The notes under the pieces are model-generated. The model did no database searches, was not told the DNA's origin, and saw nothing but the letters and a program-made list of their open reading frames with translations. A stretch of 64,000 nt of DNA from a virus. Taxonomy: Duplodnaviria > Caudoviricetes. Each line of letters opens with the position of its first letter. Within the stretch, counting starts at the first letter, position 1. The DNA lies in IMG/VR virus record IMGVR_UViG_3300006654_000661, positions 2,206 to 66,205 of that record, one strand, 5' to 3'. Shown here in pieces: positions 20,401-29,062 of the stretch. A program made the position numbers and the translations under genes.

Positions 20401-20600
20401 GACGAGTTATTAGTCTCTTTATTAAAAATAAGAGAAATATCGTTATCTGCCGCTGAATCATCGAGGGCGATTTCAGTAACAGCGTTATAGGGCATTAAAA
20501 GACCCGTACCTGTAAATGTTGGGTTACCGGTGTTTACCGTTACCCCCTCTGGCACGGCGCTACCTTCTGGCAGGTATAGATTAACAAATACGTCTGACAT
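17400..20600 (-). CDS. Tail spike/receptor-binding protein (putative beta-propeller glycosidase, FN3, PKD-like)
   Basis: 1066 aa; DPVDPDPEPDP linker; FTGLQPDTEYTV FN3; NTPPTANAG...LTVTDSNG PKD/Ig-like. Confidence 0.65.
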   Translation of the reverse strand: MSDVFVNLYLPEGSAVPEGVTVNTGNPTFTGTGLLMPYNAVTEIALDDSAADNDISLIFNKETNNSSYLQIRYRYVDASNHWFVSYSATTGVFRAGKMVGGTSTLYIDTDISGAISWNGGPVVFRILANGNAHEIFANYKDAPEVSRGSTTDDYLETQDGTVIYSGAGDYELRSVEFQDTEATAVDPVDPDPEPDPVEPIPDIQSVMIDGFKRQATKLGVAAYTHSQMASSEYEYWPWPVLGSEIPFWPHEQYPMLFYTTPDHSTGDGGVYLRVWEKALGNLTILVNGKLVFNQAALVEWQNVATRPEFDHITTKTNPIFVSPSNGTQTETATVNVVDGTVYIHWHNFGVNLSSVGVSGKSSQTTKRAGGTNGVDFSGNNISTFWYDPYQIEGEGHNGYAIIEVNPIESFPYTYIAKALHGGGTGALGGTNAIYGSNDCKNFYRITTVSSQYGILNEAAGFDSNRVVNLTNLGQVRKEGAYYRATGHYRLAVGGTTSTEGDICEFLIDDNFNIVSYIEPTVVRGASGEFDASQVGSGLREITFDGQTFSFYTAIAEDGSRALGAYLIEDVPHTWEVFHTLAERNELLSTTTPDNGTAPNLTYSHTPYFVDAAPSGSIQNRKLTTIPLPMDGTPSTAISTATITLADYDVIDIKFDRIGKNGIELQTLEFGLIDDLGTTTAKIAYQWPAAPETGSPAQPMEIAIEGATDETNRVTANYFGQSNSFSASGYPEDESSKHMVGIRIIPSLNKIVTLEGVALCDVFDITGFDFTKELKVFTRGYFAGVEEAEGSYAFGGLSLEAYSNDAIAVPSAPTLTTSKTTDTVTLTASNVSGATGYKYFLDGVEQDNGTFTGLQPDTEYTVYTRASNALGDSAPSTIQTITTNAEPVVNTPPTANAGNDLPTVTAGAQFQLNGSGVATQSGAAIVSYRWVQISTGTVVALSNPLINNPTGAAPNSDAAQTLTYELTVTDSNGLTATDTVSVPVAAEVVAVESSNLSVTIKGSGSGVYEVSIFEISDLSTVIYNGDATFTDDVMDVDIDLEVGVQIVGLWVGDNFPNTGGSFEGVTK

Positions 20601-20613
20601 TCTTTATTCTCTC

Positions 20614-23502
20614 TTAAACTGTTATTGAAATTGTGTTAGACCAAGCGCCAGTTAAAGCACCGTTAAAACACCGGCATCGAATTTGATAGTCTCCACTTGC
20701 TAAGTTTGCGGTTCTTTTAAAGCACCCAAGAACGCCAGGTAATCCGATATCAGGAAAATTCAAGCCGTACCAACTTGCACCGCCAATACTCTTTATTTGA
20801 AATTCCATATCGGTCATTGCGACACGACAGTGGTCATTAATTGTCGGATAGGTTTTTAAGACACATACACTACCCGAATTTATACGTACCGCACCTACGT
20901 CTGAGAAGTAATCGTTAGGTCGAATTTGGGAAAGCATTTGTTCTCGAGTTACGCATCTAACGCCATCAACGTAGCTATTCCAGATATGAATAAGGGTGTA
21001 AGACTGAGAGGGTGCAAACGATTCTTTAGTACCCCATTCCGTGATGAAGTCACAATTTGCAACAAGGCCGGTACCGTTGCGGTTCAACCTGAATTGGCGA
21101 TAGCCGCCGATGAACGTTGAATGGTTTACTTCTGTCCTTTTCTTACTATCAATAACACCATCAGAACTACCTTTGCCGCGCATACCTAATACCCAACCGC
21201 GAGCGTCAAATGTTTCAGCGTTCGTTAACCCGTTAAATACAATAACGTCAGAGTTACCGAACTGGCTGCTGTATACTCCGCGTGAGGACTCTAACAACAA
21301 ATCACAATCGATGTAGCATGCTTGGATATTCTCAAAGTATGGGCCTGTATTCATTTCAGGAGATATAGCGTTTTGCCACTTTTCATACTCACCGGTATAC
21401 CCACCAGTTACTTTGAGCTTGTAAACCTCTAAGTTGTCCCCCCCACGTAAGTTAATTGTGGACTTTCTACCTACGCTGAAAACATCTTCAAAAAGGTAAG
21501 TGCCGCCGTTTCTGTCGTAATAACCGTTTCTGGCGCTCTCGGCTAACTCGCCTGTTTTACTGACTCTGGGTGTTACCGTGTCCGTAATACGTTCGATAGG
21601 TGTTAGATACCACTCCAACTCAACATCGTTACCGCTTACCGTAGCTTCTAGTTCGGGTACTGAGGGGGTTTCTGTCCGAAGCAACTTCCGCACATAGATA
21701 TTTAGCACAGCACCAGTGAACGATTGGCCTTCTATTAGTACAGCGTTGGCATTGCTTGGCGCTCGAATCAGCCACACTTCTGTACCATCTATATAGTGGC
21801 TGTATTGGCCTTGAGCCGTGCCGATTGACGGTATTACACCGCCTGATGTGCGCCCTTCTACCTTCACCGATATTTGGTAAATCTCGTCAACTTCAAAAGC
21901 GTAACTAGCACTTAAAGAGGTATTTGTATTGCTGCCTGTGTATGCCGCACCGTCTTTACTCCAACCTGAGCTACTAAAAGAATCAGGCTGAACTACTTTT
22001 GCACCCACTTCTGGTGATGCTTGCACTATGAATTGGTGTACGTAAATATTCTCCGCTGTTGAGTAGCGAAAATAATCTACTTCGGTTTCCCCAGGGTCTA
22101 AATGTAAATACGCCTCGGCTGGGTCAAACCTAACCGAACCCGCTGTAGTCGATGCGACTCTAGCACCGCTTGGTAATGTCACTACGCTGCTGAAAGGTTC
22201 GGTATTGCCCTGAATAGAAACAGCATCACGTAAAGCGGGTATGTGACCTAGTGGCTGGAAGTGAATGGCGTTGTTATAAACAGGGATGGTTTCAATCGTA
22301 GTGACCGCCTTTTCCCCACGCCAACTATCGCCAAAACCTAAATCTACGGTTTCGTTATAAAGAACGCCGTTAATGGTAACGTTGTTTAAAATAATGGTTG
22401 AAGCGCCGATACCGGTAGCAAACGGTAGTGGTGGATTTATTTGGTAATCACCGCCATTTACAGTAACGGTTGAACCATAGGCTAAAACAACCACGCCTAA
22501 CCCGCCGGTTTCATCTAAATTGCAACCGCAATTATTAAGCTCTCCGTCTTTTTCAAAGTAGTAAGCGTAGCTATCGCCTTCTATCTGTCGTAAGAACGTA
22601 ATCATACAATCACGGGCTTTTGCGTACTCAGCAAAGTAGATACCAGCGCCACACTTATCAGATACCAGGCCTTTAACGTCAGCTTCGCAATAGAACTTAA
22701 ACGCATTGCCGCTAAAGCCATTAATGGTGTTGTATCTAACCGTTGCGAGTGAGCCAACACCAAACGTTACACCATGGTAAATAACGCCATCTTCATCGTA
22801 TTGGTGGTATTCGTTATCAATAGTCAGTGCAATAACTTCTACTTCACTATGCCCATTCTCTACGGATAATCCGCAATCGCCTTCACCAGTGGCATTAATG
22901 TCTTGAAGCGACACATTGCTTGAAGAAAGTGGCACATCAAGCAGCTTCGCCACAACATCGATGAAGGTTATATTTCTCAACACCCAGTCAATCATGCGGT
23001 AACCTTCCGTTTTAATAAGTGGCGTATTAATCAGCACTGCGTCTTGAACGGCTATCCCTTCAACTTGACCTGATAGGGTTATCGCTGGGTCAGAGTTTTT
23101 CATTTTCAGGCCGAAGAAGCGGAAATGATTGGCACTAATATCAAATAGGGAATTAGCGTTACCAACTATGTAAGGGGCGTGATTCTCTATATTTGTATCA
23201 ATATCCGCAGTACCCTTTTGAACTCCGAAGTAAATGGAATAGGGCGCCGATTCGCTACCTGAAATATTTAAATACCAAGGGTCACGTATGGGGTGCCAGT
23301 CACGAATTACATTTTTATCTGAAGCAATATAAAAGTTATCGCCTGGCTCTATTCTGTAAGTCGGTAAATCATCCTCTTCACTTTCCCCATAAACTCTATG
23401 AAACACCCCGTTGAAATCTTGTGCGGGGTTGCAATCTGCCCACTCTTCGCCCTCAGTCCAGCCCGCATCTGTGAGCAAGTTAATATCAAAAAGTCTATTC
23501 AT
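20614..23502 (-). CDS. Tail spike, putative right-handed beta-helix depolymerase
   Basis: 962 aa, repetitive beta-strand N/I/G pattern, GSSDGVIDSK pectate-lyase-like segment. Confidence 0.55.
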   Translation of the reverse strand: MNRLFDINLLTDAGWTEGEEWADCNPAQDFNGVFHRVYGESEEDDLPTYRIEPGDNFYIASDKNVIRDWHPIRDPWYLNISGSESAPYSIYFGVQKGTADIDTNIENHAPYIVGNANSLFDISANHFRFFGLKMKNSDPAITLSGQVEGIAVQDAVLINTPLIKTEGYRMIDWVLRNITFIDVVAKLLDVPLSSSNVSLQDINATGEGDCGLSVENGHSEVEVIALTIDNEYHQYDEDGVIYHGVTFGVGSLATVRYNTINGFSGNAFKFYCEADVKGLVSDKCGAGIYFAEYAKARDCMITFLRQIEGDSYAYYFEKDGELNNCGCNLDETGGLGVVVLAYGSTVTVNGGDYQINPPLPFATGIGASTIILNNVTINGVLYNETVDLGFGDSWRGEKAVTTIETIPVYNNAIHFQPLGHIPALRDAVSIQGNTEPFSSVVTLPSGARVASTTAGSVRFDPAEAYLHLDPGETEVDYFRYSTAENIYVHQFIVQASPEVGAKVVQPDSFSSSGWSKDGAAYTGSNTNTSLSASYAFEVDEIYQISVKVEGRTSGGVIPSIGTAQGQYSHYIDGTEVWLIRAPSNANAVLIEGQSFTGAVLNIYVRKLLRTETPSVPELEATVSGNDVELEWYLTPIERITDTVTPRVSKTGELAESARNGYYDRNGGTYLFEDVFSVGRKSTINLRGGDNLEVYKLKVTGGYTGEYEKWQNAISPEMNTGPYFENIQACYIDCDLLLESSRGVYSSQFGNSDVIVFNGLTNAETFDARGWVLGMRGKGSSDGVIDSKKRTEVNHSTFIGGYRQFRLNRNGTGLVANCDFITEWGTKESFAPSQSYTLIHIWNSYVDGVRCVTREQMLSQIRPNDYFSDVGAVRINSGSVCVLKTYPTINDHCRVAMTDMEFQIKSIGGASWYGLNFPDIGLPGVLGCFKRTANLASGDYQIRCRCFNGALTGAWSNTISITV

Positions 23503-25045
23503 AATGGGCTACTCGCAAACGTAATGACTCAATGCGAACGCTGCCGGTGAGCGGGGCAAAGCTGGCTTGTCTTTTAAAATAAAAGCGGTCTTGCTCAACA
23601 ATGAAGCGGTAAGTTCCTTCAAAATACGTGGTGTAATCTGCGTTATTTCCTACTGTTAGCGCCATAGGGTTTGGTATATCTGTAACCACCACTATTTCGA
23701 ATTCGTATTCATCCCAAGAATCACCAAAAATACGTAATGCATCGCTACCGCCATCCGCGCCAGCTACCGAAAACAGGCGGGAATCTGTAGTATCTTGCGA
23801 CCAACTGCCGCCCATTGAATAAGGCGTTTCGGGCATAACATCGGCGCTATACCAGTAACCATCTTGACGCAATGAGAATTGCATAAACCGATTGTTTGCC
23901 ACGCTCCCATCGCTATTGCCGTGGTAAACCCCGACTGACTGGAAATGACTTTTTGCAGCCGATAGGGTTTCAAATCCACTGTCTGTTTCTATGTAGTCAA
24001 TAATTCCTATAAACCCACTGGCAAACTGCCCCAAATTCGTCACCGCGCTTGTTACTGTGTGCCACTCAAAATCAGAGAGTGTGGGGTTATCAGGAAGGCC
24101 AGTGCCACCTTCGCCCATCGGGTATACGCGTAGGGTGAGAGAGCCCGTGTAGTTACTGTCAAAGTAAAGGCGGGTGCTAGATGTTTTTACTAAAAATTCA
24201 CGGGTAGCAATGACGTTCGGTATTTTCAACCATTCTTCTGTTAGCGCTATGTAGGCTACTTGGCGCACATCATCAAATAACATTTCTCGGCGGTTGTTCG
24301 GTGAGTGGGTTGGAATATCAACCGTTTTCTTTAGCTTGGGGTAGTCGATTAATCGGTGAGAAAGTGAGGGTTCAATTTTAACCGGTGGGCTTAGCGCCTG
24401 TGTGCGCTTGCTATCCGTTTCAATTGAGTCGGGCAATTGTTCCTGCGTGACTTTACCCGTAACGTTTTCGAAATTTGGCCAGCCTTGAGCATAATCAGGC
24501 TTGTCGGTAATTTCATCGAACCTCGCCCATCGCGAAGCAGTTTCAGGAATGTTCTGAATGTTTGCCCAGGCAAGTTCAGCTAATGCGCTACCATCACCTA
24601 TATCAATGGTGCCATCAACTAACTTAGTTAACCCCGTAGGCGTCACCACTAAAACCCGCTCACCTTGTTGGTTCGTGATTTGGTAATAGTTGTTATTAGT
24701 GTTAAACCACCCTGTCATTTCATCTTCGCGTCTGTGCCAATTTTGTTGCAGCAATACAACGTTCTTGGCTATTTCTGCGATTGAATCAGTGGCAAAGCTT
24801 TGAATAATGGAATAACTAACGTCACTTACTGCGTCACCGGCATACGTATCACCGCTTAATCGGTGCTTAATGCGCAACTGGCTATCGGTGTCTATCTGGT
24901 AAATTTCGTAAAACTCTTTACCGTCTAGCGTGAACAAGTCACCTTCAGAGATATTGCCAACCGACTGAAAGTAAGTATCGATACCCGTAACAATATTAGA
25001 GTTACTAGGAACCGATACCGTGCCGGTGTTATAAACGTTAGTCAT
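23495..25045 (-). CDS. Tail fibre protein
   Basis: N-terminal YNTGTVSV..SNIVTG anchor; WANIQNIP/FDEITDKP repeats. Confidence 0.7.
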   Translation of the reverse strand: MTNVYNTGTVSVPSNSNIVTGIDTYFQSVGNISEGDLFTLDGKEFYEIYQIDTDSQLRIKHRLSGDTYAGDAVSDVSYSIIQSFATDSIAEIAKNVVLLQQNWHRREDEMTGWFNTNNNYYQITNQQGERVLVVTPTGLTKLVDGTIDIGDGSALAELAWANIQNIPETASRWARFDEITDKPDYAQGWPNFENVTGKVTQEQLPDSIETDSKRTQALSPPVKIEPSLSHRLIDYPKLKKTVDIPTHSPNNRREMLFDDVRQVAYIALTEEWLKIPNVIATREFLVKTSSTRLYFDSNYTGSLTLRVYPMGEGGTGLPDNPTLSDFEWHTVTSAVTNLGQFASGFIGIIDYIETDSGFETLSAAKSHFQSVGVYHGNSDGSVANNRFMQFSLRQDGYWYSADVMPETPYSMGGSWSQDTTDSRLFSVAGADGGSDALRIFGDSWDEYEFEIVVVTDIPNPMALTVGNNADYTTYFEGTYRFIVEQDRFYFKRQASFAPLTGSVRIESLRLRVAHYE

Positions 25046-25653
25046 AGGAAGCTAGGGTATTCCAAACGCATGTTATTGGGCATGTTGTTCAATCTGACTT
25101 CATCAGCCTTTTTATTCTTCGCATCGAGGAATAAGTTTTCGTAATAGGCCACTTCATCAGGTGAAAACCAGTCGGTGTTGGGGTGTTTCTTTAGCAGTGC
25201 TAATGCGCCCCAGCGAATGGCCTCGGCGTTATCATCAAAAACACATCGGTCAATGACCGGCGCTGAAAACGTAGGGCGAACCGCAACAGTCACGGTTAAC
25301 TCTTCATCTTCTTTGGGGATAGGCATTAGCTTTATTGAGCGGTTGGACCTGCCAACATAATAGCGAGGCGTGCCGGTACCCGTCTTTTTATCGTACTGCT
25401 GCGCTTGAGTGAGTGCGTCATTTTCGCCGCGCTTTACTTCAAGAATAGAAACGACTTCAACAAACTGATCGTAACCATCTATGTCGTAAACTGACTCACC
25501 CGCTGTCACGCACAATTCAATTTCTTGCTGGTAGGCGAAAACATGGCGAAAGAAGTCACGCGCTGACTCTCGAATGGCATTAGCCGCCGTAAACGCCGGT
25601 ATGTTTGGCGTATACGGTGCGACTAATGTGGTTAAGCTGTCAAAGCTAACCAT
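25042..25653 (-). CDS. Head-tail adaptor protein
   Basis: 203 aa; GTPRYY...LMPIP motif; position after capsid block. Confidence 0.65.
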   Translation of the reverse strand: MVSFDSLTTLVAPYTPNIPAFTAANAIRESARDFFRHVFAYQQEIELCVTAGESVYDIDGYDQFVEVVSILEVKRGENDALTQAQQYDKKTGTGTPRYYVGRSNRSIKLMPIPKEDEELTVTVAVRPTFSAPVIDRCVFDDNAEAIRWGALALLKKHPNTDWFSPDEVAYYENLFLDAKNKKADEVRLNNMPNNMRLEYPSFL

Positions 25654-25655
25654 GC

Positions 25656-26306
25656 TTACATTCGCTCTTCAGGGTTCGCCGCTTTATCTACGCCCGATTT
25701 GTTACCTAGCGTTCGCTCAAACTTGTTGTAGTGCGATTCGGCACGTTGCGCGTTAGAGGCGTAATCAGCGTCTTTCGAGTAGGCCGCATAAAGCATGTAC
25801 TCTTTAATAGCGTTAAAATAGCTATCATCGATACTGATTGTGGTGGTGTCGTTTTCAAAATCCGTTACTTCTGCGGCTTCCGGTGCTACTGAATAGATAA
25901 CTTGAATACTTACTGCCACTGAAGGCTGCGGATAAATGTAAACGGTTTTAGGGTCGCGCTCGTCAAATACCCAGTTAGTAACGCGGCTACCTATTGAGTT
26001 ATGCCAGTTAGGTATTTGATCGTCCAATGTGGTGCGACTGGTTTTACGAATGGGGCTACCTGACGCCACATCGTAAACAATATCCATCCAGCGTAGACCA
26101 TCATCAGGAAGAGTTTGCTTGCTTTTACCTGCTTCGGTGATGAAGTCTTCATTTTTGGTGCTGGCATCAGGGCGAAGGTTTACTACTGCCATGACAGCAT
26201 TGTTATAACCATTCAATAATTCTTGGTCTGGCCATCGAGTGCCAGTGGTATCCACCAACGTAGCTCGAACTTGCGAGATTGCATCAATAACTTTGCGTGT
26301 TGACAT
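25656..26306 (-). CDS. Head-tail adaptor protein (DUF6682-like)
   Basis: RWPDQELL...RPDA, FDERDPK.YIYPQP, AYSKDADYA motifs. Confidence 0.7.
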   Translation of the reverse strand: MSTRKVIDAISQVRATLVDTTGTRWPDQELLNGYNNAVMAVVNLRPDASTKNEDFITEAGKSKQTLPDDGLRWMDIVYDVASGSPIRKTSRTTLDDQIPNWHNSIGSRVTNWVFDERDPKTVYIYPQPSVAVSIQVIYSVAPEAAEVTDFENDTTTISIDDSYFNAIKEYMLYAAYSKDADYASNAQRAESHYNKFERTLGNKSGVDKAANPEERM

Positions 26307-26321
26307 TAGTAAACCTCGTTC

Positions 26322-26690
26322 TTACTCGTTAGTAGCGCTAGTGGTTTTAGCCGCTGGCTTAGCTGTGGTTTTCGCTGCAGGCTCGGCCGCTGCTTTTTCC
26401 ATTGCTTCTACTTTCGCTTTTAACTCGGCATTTTCTTTGGCAAGTTCTTCGTTCTTTTCAGTGGCGGTGGAGCTTGCAGAGCCAGAGCCTTTGGCTTCTT
26501 TTGCAATAGCGGCATCGTATTGCTTTTTAGTGATTTCAATCATCCCGAACTTTCCTTTTCGGAATTGCTTAACGATGGCAGGCGTAGCAACAAAAACGCG
26601 GCCAGACTTCGCTTTTACATAATCAGGCGTAGCGTTGTTTTCATCTTGAATATCAACCGCACCGGGTGAGATAGGTTTTACTTGTGACAT
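26322..26690 (-). CDS. Hypothetical protein, Ala/Lys-rich tail
   Basis: Start re-called at MSQVKP (26690) downstream of the terminator and an RBS. Confidence 0.6.
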   Translation of the reverse strand: MSQVKPISPGAVDIQDENNATPDYVKAKSGRVFVATPAIVKQFRKGKFGMIEITKKQYDAAIAKEAKGSGSASSTATEKNEELAKENAELKAKVEAMEKAAAEPAAKTTAKPAAKTTSATNE

Positions 26691-26706
26691 TTCTAATTCC
26701 TTAAAC

Positions 26707-26732
26707 AAAAAAGCCCCCAATTAAGGGGGGCT
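26707..26732 (-). terminator. Intrinsic terminator after capsid gene
   Basis: Minus strand GC hairpin agcccccc..ggggct followed by T run. Confidence 0.7.
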
Positions 26733-26749
26733 GAATTAACGAGGTGGGA

Positions 26750-27682
26750 TTAACCTAGACGCATTACGCTGTGACCAAGTTGCTCAGGAAGCAACACATC
26801 AAAGCCGTACACAAACAATGAACGCACTAAATCACCGAAGTCATTCGGGTTTTTAAGGGTTTCCATTTCTGTGATTTGCGCAGCGAATGAAAGGGCCGAC
26901 TTGTGACCAAACAGAACGTCATACGCACCATTCGTTACACGAATATTACGTGAAGAGTAGATATGTAAGCGGTCAATCATGCCGATTTTGCCAGAGCGAA
27001 GCGTAGAGTTACCGTCACCGGTTAAGCTCGCGTCTTTCAATTCTGATGTTTTGATACGTGCGCACATTGAAGGCGGTAGAGCCACGTAACGATCTTCATC
27101 AGGCGTATCAGTTTCATCAAGACACACACCAAAACGCTCAACCAATACATCGATGATGTTTGATTTTGTTACATCAAGGGGTGCGGCTGCTGTACCCAAG
27201 TCAATAGAGCCAGTGTCTTTACCTGCTGCTGCACCGGCGTTTACCGCGCCTGCACCTGCGTAGATAGAGCCAAGGATATTGGCATCAACACGGCGTTTCA
27301 TCTTCATGCCACCGTCTTGCGTGAAAGTATCCATCAGATTAATGTCTGATTGGTATTCATCAACGCTGTTTACTTTGAACGCGAAGTAGTGGCCTTGGTC
27401 GATAGCTAACGACACTGGCGCACTTTCTGGCTGTTCGTAGTTCAGGTTTTGGCCTTTCTCGTAGTCACTGATAGTAATATCAGGAACCGTGCGGATATTA
27501 ACCTTGTCACCCACTGACTTAATCTCACCTTCGTAGTCAGTATTAGCGATTTCCATGTAAATACAGTTCTCGTAATACTTCGTAAGAAGTTTCTTAGACC
27601 AAATTTCAGGGATGAAACCTGAATTGTTGTTTGCACCAGTATTTGAATAGTTAACACTACCGGAAGCGACTGGATAACCCAT
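26750..27682 (-). CDS. Major capsid protein
   Basis: FIPEIWSKKL, NTDYEGEI..GDKVNI, DFGDLVRSLFVYG motifs; follows scaffold. Confidence 0.88.
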   Translation of the reverse strand: MGYPVASGSVNYSNTGANNNSGFIPEIWSKKLLTKYYENCIYMEIANTDYEGEIKSVGDKVNIRTVPDITISDYEKGQNLNYEQPESAPVSLAIDQGHYFAFKVNSVDEYQSDINLMDTFTQDGGMKMKRRVDANILGSIYAGAGAVNAGAAAGKDTGSIDLGTAAAPLDVTKSNIIDVLVERFGVCLDETDTPDEDRYVALPPSMCARIKTSELKDASLTGDGNSTLRSGKIGMIDRLHIYSSRNIRVTNGAYDVLFGHKSALSFAAQITEMETLKNPNDFGDLVRSLFVYGFDVLLPEQLGHSVMRLG

Positions 27683-27712
27683 TTTTATTACTCCTAAATT
27701 GCCTGCTGCGGC

Positions 27713-28690
27713 TTAGTCAATTACATTGCCTGCAGCGTGTGCGGCGAAAAGTTTTCGCTCCCACTCTTTAAACTCGCCTTCGGTTAGCTTGCCTTTGTTG
27801 TAGTCATCGTAAAGACGGTTAATTTGCTCTTTCGTCCACACGTTATCGTCACCCATGGCATCACCAGGGGCGCGACTTGATACATCAACTTGACTTGCTA
27901 GAGGGTTGTTTGAAAAGTTGGAACGCTCTTGTGCTTTGAAGGCTTTGAAAAAGAATGCGGTACGATTAATATCGCCGCGACTAAACGCGCCATTCATCAA
28001 CGTGTTTCGTTCCTCGCCACTTGCTTCATCAATACCTTTTAGCCATTCGTGAAACATCGGGTCGGTGTTAACTTGCTCGAAATCAATGTTGCTCTTACTC
28101 AGTTCGGCATTTAATTCACGCATGCGCATATTGCCTGCGGTTTCATTAGTGGCCTGTTCTGTTTGTGTAAGCTTTGATTGGAGTGAGTTGACCAGATTCG
28201 ATAAACGCTGTATCTCGGCAGAGGTGCCCGAATTACCAGCGCTGGCTTGTTCTGCTACTGCGCGTGCGAAATCTTCGCCGTACTCGTCAACCAAGGTTTT
28301 ATTTAGCTTTACTTCGCTGCTAGGTTTGGCGCTCGACTGTTGCTGTTGCTCTAATTGTTGCTTCAGTTGAGTGTTTTCAGTCTCTAAAGACTGTAAGCGG
28401 TGTTGTAAGCTAGGGTCTTGGCTGCGCTGTTGAGCTTCACGTAAATCATCGTTTAGCTTTTTAGTATCAGCGTTGTACTTGCCTTGCAGTACGCGGTATT
28501 TATGTTCCCACGTTTGTTCAGAGTCCGATTGCGGCGGCTGCGGCGGCTGCTGTTCGGGTGTTCTGTTCTCTTGTGGTTGCTGTGGCTCGTCAGTGTTCCC
28601 AGTTTCGGGAGTTGACGCTTTTTGTTGCTGTTGACGAATTAACTCGTTTGCTTCTTCATCTGCATTTTGCAGTGCCTGGGGTAAAGCCAT
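27713..28690 (-). CDS. Capsid scaffolding protein
   Basis: Start re-called at MALPQ (28690, GAGGA RBS); WEHKYRVLQGKY coiled-coil; directly upstream of capsid. Confidence 0.75.
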   Translation of the reverse strand: MALPQALQNADEEANELIRQQQQKASTPETGNTDEPQQPQENRTPEQQPPQPPQSDSEQTWEHKYRVLQGKYNADTKKLNDDLREAQQRSQDPSLQHRLQSLETENTQLKQQLEQQQQSSAKPSSEVKLNKTLVDEYGEDFARAVAEQASAGNSGTSAEIQRLSNLVNSLQSKLTQTEQATNETAGNMRMRELNAELSKSNIDFEQVNTDPMFHEWLKGIDEASGEERNTLMNGAFSRGDINRTAFFFKAFKAQERSNFSNNPLASQVDVSSRAPGDAMGDDNVWTKEQINRLYDDYNKGKLTEGEFKEWERKLFAAHAAGNVID

Positions 28691-28822
28691 TTGTCTTATC
28701 CTCGGTGAGTCAGTATTCGGGAGCCCGAAGGTATTCCCACTGGTGTTCACTTTTGTTTAGATATAAAAAAAGGCCGCTATTAAGCGACCTTTGTTGTTTC
28801 CCTTTCGGGAGTAAAGAAACTG

Positions 28823-29062
28823 CTATTCGAACTGAGCCAACGTGGTATTCGGATCGTGTAGCAATTCCAATAATTCTTCGAGCGTGTTTATAGCGCCTTG
28901 GCTTTTAAACATTTGCTGCGTATCTACTGCGGTTTTTAACGCCTCAACATTCTGAGAAACCAACATTTCAGCAATGCTTACTATGTGGTCGTATTGGTCA
29001 GGCTTGGTATTTTTTAGAAATACCAGTGACTTTAGTTGTTGAACCGTCAATCCCGTTATCAT
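28823..29062 (-). CDS. Small hypothetical protein after portal
   Basis: 79 aa, overlaps portal stop. Confidence 0.6.
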   Translation of the reverse strand: MITGLTVQQLKSLVFLKNTKPDQYDHIVSIAEMLVSQNVEALKTAVDTQQMFKSQGAINTLEELLELLHDPNTTLAQFE

